The notes below the pieces were generated by a model. It was given only the letters and a program-made list of their open reading frames with translations. It was not told the origin of the DNA and ran no database searches. Below are positions 1-10,148 of a stretch of 64,000 nt of DNA, piece by piece (position 1 is the first letter of the stretch; every line of letters begins with the position of its first letter). The stretch is from Chrysomallon squamiferum (lineage: Eukaryota > Animalia > Mollusca). Both the position numbers and the translations under genes were made by a program. The DNA is taken from positions 10,044,001 to 10,108,000 of the forward strand of contig CM022674.1 of assembly GCA_012295275.1 (NCBI GenBank), read 5' to 3'.

Positions 1-37
1 ATCAAACCTGAACAACAACAATATGCAAACCTTTTCC

Positions 38-49
38 GAAACTGAAACT
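38..49. promoter_or_regulatory. ISRE/IRF-binding element GAAACTGAAACT
   Basis: Exact match to the GAAANNGAAACT consensus, in a segment homologous to the region upstream of paralog A. Confidence 0.5.
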
Positions 50-90
50 GATGTAAATAACTTATATCTGTAACAGCGGAAGACTGGTAG

Positions 91-1093
91 CGTCACCCTC
101 TTACGAACAAACGACTGGCGGGAATTTTGACTGGTTGATAATTGCTTTCATTAACTAGAGAAAAAGTAGGTGATCCAAAATATTAGATAGTTTCCAAGCA
201 GCGACGCGCGATTTCCATTTATTAGTGTGTATTTCTCTGATATGGCCTGCCGGTGTCCACTTCGATCGATTTATATGGTCAGTCACATCTGTGATTCATT
301 GACCAAGTCGAATAAAAAATATACCGTATATACTTGTGTATAAGTCGAATTTTTGGGAGACTATATTAAGGTAATATTTTGGGGGTCGACTTATACATAG
401 GTAATGCTTTTGTAGCTGTTGCTGAAGAGTCGCCATTTTGACTATTTTTTGCTACGGGATGCATCTAAAATAATCGCGGTCTTTCAGCTTTTCAAAAATA
501 TAATTTTATCGTATAAAAAATTTTGAAAAATTAAATAACAAAACCAATTATGAATGTAAAACATGATATTCTTCCGTTTAATGGCATAAAAATACATTTT
601 AAAGCGAGAAAACCGTCAGTACAGCGTTATGCCTTACGGCGTCTTGCAATGATCTAGGAATGCAGACTTCTCTGCCAAATTCCACAAAATATCGGTCCTA
701 ATTTCATAAACAAAACTCACTTGTGTAATTGTAAAGAATTTGGTGAAATAATATTGCAATCGTCATTAATATCCACTACCGACAAATCGAAAACAAGAGA
801 TACTATTTATGATACCTTTAGGTTATAGCTCGTGTAATACATGCATTTACGTTATTATGGTACGTCACCCTCTTACGAACAAACGACTGGCGGGAATTTT
901 GACTGGTTGATAATTGCTTTCATTAACTAGAGAAAAAGTAGGTGATCCAAAATATTAGATAGTTTCCAAGCAGCGACGCGCGATTTCCATTTATTAGTGT
1001 GTATTTCTCTGATATGACCTGCCGGTGTCCACTTCGATATTTTTGTATGGTCAGTCACATCTGTGATTCATTGACCAAGTCGAATAAAAAATA
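91..1093. repeat. Direct repeat of about 230 bp (91-320 and 863-1093) flanking the MITE-like element
   Basis: Near-identical text CGTCACCCTCTTACGAAC...GACCAAGTCGAATAAAAAATATA occurs twice; its first part also recurs once at ~5916-6095. Confidence 0.9.
322..862. mobile_element. Non-autonomous Tc1/mariner-pogo-like element (MITE-like)
   Basis: Begins TACCGTATATACTTGTGTATAAGTCGA with an internal inverted GTCGACTTATAC, typical of Tigger/pogo-type termini. Ends with a degenerate ...TATGGTA. Confidence 0.45.
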
Positions 1094-1403
1094 TAATAAA
1101 ATATTTCTAGGCGTTTTTTAAAATATTTTACGATACGATATATTTAACACACTTATTTACATATTTATTTGGCCGTTAATTTATTCTTTGTCTGTTTAGA
1201 TACAGCTTTCATTTTCGTACCATACATCACTGTTGGAGATATGCCTCAGTTGTAGATGATTTTTATCGATTATAATTCCACATAGTCAGTTAACTGAATT
1301 TACTGAAAAGACTTTCTTAATTTTTTTTAATTTTTTTTTCACTTGGAGATTGTCCATGGTAACTATGGAGCCATTAGAGGACAACCACGACAACAATTCA
1401 AAA

Positions 1404-1486
1404 CATGTATGTATGTATGTATGAATGCTTCTTTGTATGTATGTATGTATAAATGTATGCATGCATGTATGTACGACTGTATGCAT
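1404..1486. repeat. Degenerate (ATGT)n microsatellite
   Basis: Direct reading; it generates the spurious ORFs at 1286-1586. Confidence 0.9.
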
Positions 1487-2736
1487 ATAACTTGGGGTGT
1501 AGGAGGCACTGAGTCGAGTAGAGTGTATGTGTGACCAATAAAATAATTATCATGTTTTGAGACAAATAAACAACACGGAGTTTCACATTAAGGACGTTAA
1601 TAATATGTAACCACCAATAATAGAGAGATTAAAGTATAAAAATAAAAAAGAATGAGTTATCTGGCGTCTTCAAGGAGGACAACTTGACCCAGGTTCACAA
1701 ACATATATTTAATTAATACGAAGTATAATTAAAATGTAGTAAAATTAGCACCGAAAACAAACAAAAACAAACCAAAGCAAACCAAACCCAACATGATAGT
1801 CGCTAACAATGAACTGTCAATACCCTGCTTTCTGATACGTCAGGTGGCCCTTCAGTTCCCAGTGCGAATGCTATCAGTAGGAGGCAGTAATCGTAATTTA
1901 TCTACTAGCATTTACCTCAGATTACTTTATAAACTAATAAACAGTAAATACTGACAGGTCTAGAATGGAAAAAATGATTATTATAGCTCTGTTCTACTCT
2001 TTTTTTAAGGAAAATAGCTAACAGAGGGAGTTTTTCTTGCATTGTTTTTATGTTTATGTTTTTCGTGGATATTGTTCATATATTTATTTATTTATTTATT
2101 TTATTTTATTTTTATTTTTTAATTGTCGTCTTTCAACTATCAAGTCTCAAATTTAGTGGAGTTTTATTTATTATTATTATTATTTAACAAAACAGTAACA
2201 CATCAACAAACAAGAGGGCAGTTTGAATTATTTATTTATATACAGAACATATTTTGCGATGATATAAAACAAATTAAATTATTATTTGCGCGAATGTCAG
2301 TGAAAACCGGGAATCAAAGAAAAAAGTGAAGCCATGTGAGTAAACAAATTACAAAGCTTTGTTAGTTTGTCGCACAAAACTCGACAATCTTAGCCCCTAA
2401 TTAACCCAACTTTACAATTTAAAAACTGCCTTTGAAAGTTCGTCATCGGATGTTATGGATGGTCAAACAGAATTTCACATAACGGCAGTTAAAGGCAGTT
2501 TATTTACTGATTATAATTATTAATACATATTTATTTAATATATTTGATATTATTTTATCTTTTCGATCTCATATATACAAACTAGATAATCTCAAGATTA
2601 TAGATATATAAAAATTAGTATTGTGATAAAACGTCTATAGTTAGCATTGGTAAAAGAAACGTAGCTAACGAAACACAATTTTTTCGTTAAACAAAAAAGA
2701 GATTATCTGTCTTCGTCACACTTGTTATTCATGAAA

Positions 2737-5288
2737 TCACAGATCTGAGTTTGGTTTCAAATATTTCCATAGATGTTTCAGGTTGGTTCTATCCAAATCC
2801 GAAAACAGCTTGGATACAGTTGGATCAGGGCCTTTCTTTTTCCAGTAGCAAAGTAGTTGAAAAATGACCTCTTCCAACCCAGCCTTCTGAAATTCATCGT
2901 AAATTTTGTCCCGTGTATCTGTTGTAATGCCAAGAAATTTTGCTGTAAAAGCAAATCATTTTGTTAGAATAACATAGGTTATCAAACTGCTACAAAATAA
3001 TAATGAATGAATTTTTAAGAACACTTCAGTACAAAAAACATCGGTTGTTAGATGTCAAACAAAATACTGATTATTTTATTTATAAAAATTCAAAAATTAA
3101 TTATAGCACAGTGTAAAGAGCTGTGCAAAAATAAAAGTATCACAGTTTATTAAAATCGAAATGATTCCATCACATTTATTTCACAAATATATGTCTCTAC
3201 GATGATCGCACTCCACCCAAAAGTGACGTAGTGTCAGAGTACACTGAAACGGTTCACACTGAGATGGACAATTCTTCTTCAAGGATAAATTAATGGGTCT
3301 AACAAGGATGACCAATGCGAGCTCGACACAAGACTAACTCATCTTTCCTGCAATGCCTATAAGAGGACTGCCAGTCTCACAGTCATTTTGCCAAATGAAA
3401 AGATATTTCGGTAAATTTGATGTTAAAATCATTGTAAGGCACACCAACCTCGACATGAGACAAATCTAAAGCAGACTTGGCAGCAGAATCTGCCTTTTCA
3501 TTGCCCCTGATGCCAGTCTAACTGAGTATCCAACAAAAAAATATTTTTTTATTGGCGCTACATAATATGATACGCTTTTATATCATCATCCCAATTAAGG
3601 AATACTCCAACCTCATGGTAAAGAATGAAGACATGAAAGTGGGTCTGTGAAAATAATAATTCTGGATGCAAAGGAATGTGTAATTTCTTCCAGGGCTTGA
3701 AGAACTGCCTGAATTTCGACAGTGAGAACTGATGCTGAATAAGGAAACCTTTTGGAAAAAGTTATGTCTGATGGAAAAACTGTAGCACTTCTGCATAAGC
3801 TATAAATAATTAAAATGTTTTATCGTACGATTTGGAGCAAATCATTTAAATAATATTTGTTACAGTTATGTTAATTATTAACACTGTAATACCTATTTTA
3901 TTAAATTCGTAAAAACCGCATAAAGATCATTATTTCATTCCATTATGGTTCTCATCATCTCTATTAGTGAGGTATTTTAGGTATTTTAGGTTAAAAAACA
4001 TATTCAGTATCAGTTGAAATAATAAATAAAAATTCAAAGCCTCAAATTTGAAATTAGCTGTAATTAAATATCTTACCAAGTAATCTCCAAGGTTCACCAA
4101 CATTCCGTGCAACCAACCTCAACTGTTGATCACTGACTACTTCATCACAGGCTGAAAATAAAGAAATGAGATAAAGAAAATAGTATTTATGTTATGTTAT
4201 TAATCTTTTTATTTACACACAGATCAGCTATAATAATCAGTCCTGTACCTCGTGACTTAGGTGATATTTCTGAAAAAGTAATCCTCATGGTGGTAAGGCA
4301 TAAAGTGTGAACAGAGGCATTAGAAGATATATGTATAAATTAGAATCTGGTTATCTAGTAGTAGTTGTGGAGAGACTTCTATCATACCTCCTAAATCAGG
4401 CATAATCAGAGCTAGGAAGAAGGTAACAGTACAAACAGGAGCTCAAAATTATTACATTTGAGGAAATATTTATGAGATGTTAATACTCTTTGAAAACCTA
4501 ACCACTTGTACTCAAATAAAGTAATTCTTACCACGCACAGACTGAATATCCTTCTCATCTGCTGAATCACTATCATCAGTGTCAGAATCCCTTGCTGCTC
4601 CATACATTGTATTATGATCTCCTATCTGAAGTTGGTCAACATCTTTTATCAGAAACACGTTATTTACCTGGTCTGAAAACGTGAAATGTATGTATAATTC
4701 AACATATATAGAATATCTTTAAATTTAATAACAAACATTAAAAGAAGGAAGAAATGTTTTTAACAAATTTATAAAAATTATATGGCTTCATACATATGTA
4801 AACAACTTTATAAAGAGTAACCTTACTCCTAACATGCTAAGGATTACTAAAAAAAAACATCAAATATGAAGAAGAAAAAAAAAATTGAAAAGTTCACATT
4901 TACAAAAATATCTGTAACAACTTAAGAAAAAAATTAATTCATAAGAATAATACGTAACATTTAGATTTACTTAATCTTATTCATAAATTTTATAACCCTT
5001 TTTCAGCTATCAGTATATAAAAACTAAATTAAAAAAAAAAAAAAATACGATACTTACTGTGCCCAGGTTGAAACTGCTTTCCTCCATCTGAAATAATTTC
5101 TACAACATTATAAGATTTTCTTTCAATTTATTCAAGATATTAATTAACTGATTAGGATAACACGAAACAATTATATTTATTTAATTTAAAGATACTGCTG
5201 AGAGCATTCTTGTCGAAATCAAATATACATTAGTCTTACCTGGTGAGTTTTCTCTAACAACTAAGGCTTTATTTTCAGAGTTTTCCAT
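2737..5288 (-). CDS. RHIM + death-domain adaptor (IMD/RIP-like), paralog A, about 166 aa
   Basis: GT-AG exons 5288-5240, 5087-5058, 4672-4532, (optional 21-nt 4269-4249), 4151-4077 and 2942-2737 splice in frame: MENSENKALVVRENSPDGGKQFQPGHNQVNNVFLIKDVDQLQIGDHNTMYGAARDSDTDDSDSADEKDIQSVR-ACDEVVSDQQLRLVARNVGEPWRLLAKFLGITTDTRDKIYDEFQKAGLEEVIFQLLCYWKKKGPDPTVSKLFSDLDRTNLKHLWKYLKPNSDL*. Shows the death-domain pattern (W..LA..LG; ..QLL..W; T...L...L) and RHIM core LQIG..N.M. Confidence 0.8.
3010..3560 (-). mobile_element. 5'-truncated LINE (RNase H-bearing, I/Jockey-group-like) fragment in an intron of paralog A
   Basis: The minus strand encodes degenerate FCWILS.TGIRGNEKADSAAKSALDL (non-LTR RNase H end) and RKDELVLCRARIGH, followed by a short (CATT)-like tail near 3005. 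Confidence 0.7.
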
Positions 5289-5862
5289 CTGTTAAAAAAT
5301 TAAAATTAAAATCAAAATTAAAAATATTTAAGAATAAACTAAAATAAAATGAAATAAAAAATATGAAATAGCAATTTGGTCATATATTAAAAATATGTCA
5401 GTGTGTTATCAAAATGTATTTTAAAGACTGTAATGATTTGTTTTTGTTATTGTTGTTGTTGTTGTTGTTTTGTGGCTGTCAAAGAAAGAAAAACAAACAA
5501 ACAAGCTATAATTCGTAATAATAATAATAACTTGGTTACTCCTGATACTCTGAACCGAACGATAACTACTGAACTTCTTTCTCTTATTTTTTAAAATCTT
5601 TTCATTTTGATTTTTGATTTAACCGTGTTGGCCACAGTTATTCGCTTCTGTAAAAGTTAAGTTTTTGTATGATAATTAACTTCCTTGTATATAGAAATAA
5701 CAGGAATCAAAACGTTTTAGGAATTTATATAAATATTAATATGATTATTTTGAATTATCATGTGATCTATCACATATTTAATTTACAGTCTTCATTTACA
5801 AAGCAAAAGATGTGCCTAACGAATATGAAAATTGAACAACAACAATTTGCAAACCTTGTTTC

Positions 5863-5875
5863 GAAACCGAAACTG
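5863..5875. promoter_or_regulatory. ISRE/IRF-binding element GAAACCGAAACTG upstream of paralog A
   Basis: Exact ISRE core about 580 bp upstream of the ATG at 5288. Nearby are an ETS core CGGAAG (~5902), a CRE half-site CGTCA (5916) and a kB-like GGGAATTTTG (5945). Confidence 0.55.
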
Positions 5876-6632
5876 ATGTAAATAACTTATATCTGTTACA
5901 GCGGAAGACTGGTAGCGTCACCCTCTTACGAACAAGCGACTGGCGGGAATTTTGACTGATTGATAATTGCTTTCATTAACAAGAGAAAAATTAGGTGATC
6001 CAAAAAATTAGATAGTTTCCAAGCAGCGACGCGCGATTTCCATTTATTAATGTGTATTTCTCTGATATGGCTTGCCGGTGTCCAGTTCGATATTTTTATA
6101 TCTTGTTGCTTTGTCCATCAACAGTAAGTAACATCACGCGTGTTGAGAGAAAAGTTTCTTTCTGATACAATAGACACTGTAAATGACTGTAACCCTTAAC
6201 TAAATTGGATTATTTTCCTTTGTCATCGGTATAAGTTAATTCATTTGTGAATCAGGTGAATAAATCTTTTTTGTTAAAATAAGTCCAGAAACTATAGGAA
6301 TACTTTTTATACCAATGTTTTTAAGTTTTCACATTTTATTATGTGCATATTTTAAATGCTTAATTATGCATAATTCTTCTCATGTCTGAACTAGTTTTAT
6401 TTTTTCTCATGATTTGTGATTAACATTATATTCTATAATCTTACTATCAAAGCCAATAAACTGAAGAATATTCGGTTCATAGGTTCGTTATGATCAATTT
6501 CTCAGGATAATTTATGAAGTCTATATGGTTAGCGAAGTCAAAAAATTTTATAATAATAATTTTAAAAAATTATCATCACACTTATAATGAAAAATATAAT
6601 TTTCCTTCCCACACTGTCATACAATGCTTACA

Positions 6633-7975
6633 TCTCAAGGAGATAAATATTTATACAGATGGCGTAATTCCATTTCTGATACTAAATATATTATTCAAAG
6701 TAATAATTAAAACTTTGAAACCAAACATTTCTGAAAACTCTTATTCCAAAATATATATTTCTATTATTTTTCCTACATTCAATCAACCACAGAAATTTTG
6801 TCACGGACTGTTGTTTTCTTTTTAACATAAAATGAAAATTGTCAAAACCTAATGAATATAGGTTTTCTTTTTACATTTCTGTAGAAAAATAGACCTTTCT
6901 AAAAGTTTCACAAAAAGATAAAACAAACAAAAAAAATTCTTAAATTGTTACAACATCATCAACATCACTGTCTGATGAACTCTCGCTGTCAGCTGATGTA
7001 GACCCGTCTGGGTGCAGGATTATCATTGTGTTGCTCTCTCCAATCTGTTTATTAATAGTCAGATTTCCCACGCTTGAAAAGTCTAAGCAAGAAAAAACAA
7101 AGAACATAAAACTTCTAATAAGAAATTGTTTTTGTTGTAATAAATCAATGAAAAAAGAAAAGAAATAAAGAAATCAGATACAGAAAATATTATTTTTATT
7201 TTTATTTAATCTTTTTATTTAAACACAGATCAGCTCTACAATTCAGTCCTTTCCCTAGTGATTTAGGTGATGTATCTGAAAAAAGATCCTATTGGTAGTA
7301 AGACATCAAGTCTGAACAGAGGCATTAGAAGATATTCTATATATGTACACATTAGAAGCTGGTTCTCTAGTACTGGTGGAGACACTTCTGTCATGCCTCC
7401 TAAATCAGGTATAATCAGAGCTAGAAACAAGATAACTGTAGAAACAGGAGGTCAAAATTATAACATTTAAAAATATATTTATGAGATGTTAATACTCTTT
7501 GAAAACCAAAATACGTTTACTCAAACTTTTACAATACACAAACTGAATATCCTCCTCTTCTGCTGAATCACTATTCTCATTATTGTAATAATCATTATGA
7601 GAAATTCCAAACAGAACTGTCTGCCCTGCTTCTAAAATAAAAAAGATCATATTCACAAAAATATCTGGAACAACATGAGAACTAAAATAATTTGAATTTT
7701 CAGAATTCATTTTTATAACTGACCGCACAAAATGAAAAAAATTGTTGTTATTTCATTACTTTTTTATTTTCAAGCACTTTTTAAAATCCTAGTATATGTA
7801 TGTTTTGTAGCATTCTGAAGGTTGTTAGTAATTAGTGTAATCCCTCAATTATGACAAATATCTTTTTAAATCAAGCTAAATTACTAATTACCAATTTTTT
7901 TCTTCAGACATTAACTTAAAAAAAGAAAAGAAAAAAGATATTCACTGAGTCTATATTCAAATTGCTGCCATTCAC
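6633..7975 (-). pseudogene. Chimeric, internally deleted RHIM/death-domain paralog (C)
   Basis: Exons 7975-7946 and 7631-7533 resemble paralogs A/B, with the RHIM core deleted. Exon 7082-6940 resembles the paralog D RHIM exon (NKQIGESNTMIILHP...SESSSDSDVDD). About 6680-6633 is a collapsed death domain (SEMELRHLYKYLSP*). No start exon found. Confidence 0.65.
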
Positions 7976-9313
7976 CTAAAATTATTTCCACACATTATAA
8001 GATTTTCTTACATGTACCATTTTTTATTTGGTTTATTTATTTATTTATTCTTTCTTTCTTTCTTTCGTCTTTTCTGTTTGTTCAAGAAACAAATTAATTG
8101 ATTACGATAACACGTAACAATTATATTTACCTAATGTTATTTATAATTTTTATAACCTTTTCTTAGCTCTCAATATAGAAAAACTAAACCCCCCCAAAAA
8201 TATTTATATATATAATTTAAAAATGACATTTCTGTTTCTGCATTGTTTGTTTGGTGTTTAGGTGTTTGGGAGTTTTTTTGTTGTTGATGTTGGTAGTAAC
8301 AAGATGTCATTGTGCTATCAAAATGTATTTTAAACATTGTAATGATTTGCTTTGTTTTATTTTCGTTTTTATTTATTTATTTATTATTTGTTTGTTTATG
8401 TGTTGTTACACTGAACCGAATGATAACTACTGACCTTCTTTCTGTATTTTAAAAAAATCTTTTTCACTTTTATTTTTAATTTAACCTCACTGACCACAGA
8501 CATTCGTTTCTTTACTATATTTTTGTAAAAATTAAGTTTGTTCTATGCTAAGGTTTAACCGATATAGTATTGAAATCTTAACTTCCTTCGAATCCTTGAT
8601 TATAGAAATAAAAGGAATCAAAACGTTTTGGGAATTTCTATAAATATCAGTATGTCTAAATAGAATTAACATCTGATGTAACACATATTTAATTTATATT
8701 CTTTATTTATAAAACACAAGATTTGCTTAACGATGAAAATTGAACAAAATCAAAGGACGTTAATAATATGTATCCACCGGTAATGAAAAAAGAATATTGA
8801 AATCGGGCGTCTCCAAAGACAACAAAGTGATCCAGGTTCAGAAATATTAATTTAATTCTACAGCAGTAAAATCAGAAACAAAGACAATACCAAAACTACA
8901 ACAACAAAAACAAAGCAAACCAAAGGAAACCAAACCCAAACGACCAGTCGCTACCTTCGCAAACAATCAATATTTTGTTATGACAATCAATACCTTTGTT
9001 ATTGATACATCACGTGGCCATACAGTTCCCAGTGCAAATGCTCTCAGTAGGATGCAGTAATTGTAATTCATCTACTAGCACTTAACTCAGATTACTTCAT
9101 AAACTAATAAACAGTAAATACTGACCTGTCTAGAATGGAAAATAATTATTTTTATTTCTCTCTTCTACTGATATAAGGAAAATAACTTAACTAATGGATG
9201 TTCTTTTGTTGGGGGTTTCTTATACTCTTTTTGAATCTTTTCTTCTATTGTTTTTAGGTCTTTGTTTTTCTTCGCTGTTTATTTTTTTAATTAATTAATT
9301 ATTTATTTATTTA

Positions 9314-9317
<4 letters not shown>

Positions 9318-9359
<42 letters not shown>

Positions 9360-9373
9360 GTTGTTGTTGTTGT
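9318..9373. repeat. (ATT)n-(GTT)n microsatellite
   Basis: Direct reading. Confidence 0.9.
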
Positions 9374-10148
9374 TTTTCACATTTCAAATTTAGTGTGGTT
9401 TCATTTTTATTTATTTATTTCTATTATTATTATATATTTTTTTTATAACACAACAACAAAATATCTACAAACAAGACACCAGTTTGAATTATTTATTTAT
9501 ATACAGAATATATTTTGTAATAATATAAATTAAACGCAACCAAATTATTTACAGTTTCGGGGAAATTCGAGTTAAAACAGATTAAATATATATTAAACAA
9601 TATGCCTTTAATGACACAGATTCCTCTACCTAATGATGATATGAGAAACACAAGGGAGAAAACTATCTTAACATATCCCGCTGCCACATGCTTATCAAAG
9701 CAAGGCCAATGTTTCACGTTTTCCCCCGTGACCTCCCGTTTTCTTCTTAGAGCTGAAATTTAAACGCTTTGTTAGTTTGTCACACAAAACTCGACCTACC
9801 TTGGCCGCTAATTAACTTGACGTTAAAATTTAAAAACTGCCTTTACAAAGTTCGTCATCGACTATTTTACTGTAAAGGGGTCAACATAATTTTATTATCT
9901 GCACACATCGAAAGTTAAACACAGTTTTTTTTAACTGATCATAATTACTAATATATATTTATTTAATATTTTTCGCTATTTTCTCTTTTTAGTTTTATAT
10001 ACAGAAACTAGATAACGTCAACATTAGATACATACAAAAATTAGTATTCTCATAAAATATCTACGGATCCATAGGTAAAAGAAATGTGCCTAATGAAACA
10101 CAGTTTTGTGTTAAATACGAGATTATCTTTCCTCGTCACACTTCGTAT

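Noticed and set aside
1286-1586. Three overlapping ORFs rich in M/Y/V/C or H/T/I
   Set aside because: They are translations of an (ATGT)n microsatellite.
4412-4603. Similar ORFs at 4412-4603 and 11681-11902 suggesting a conserved small protein
   Set aside because: They are off-frame readings of the RHIM exon running into duplicated intron; the real frame is the spliced RHIM-DD protein.
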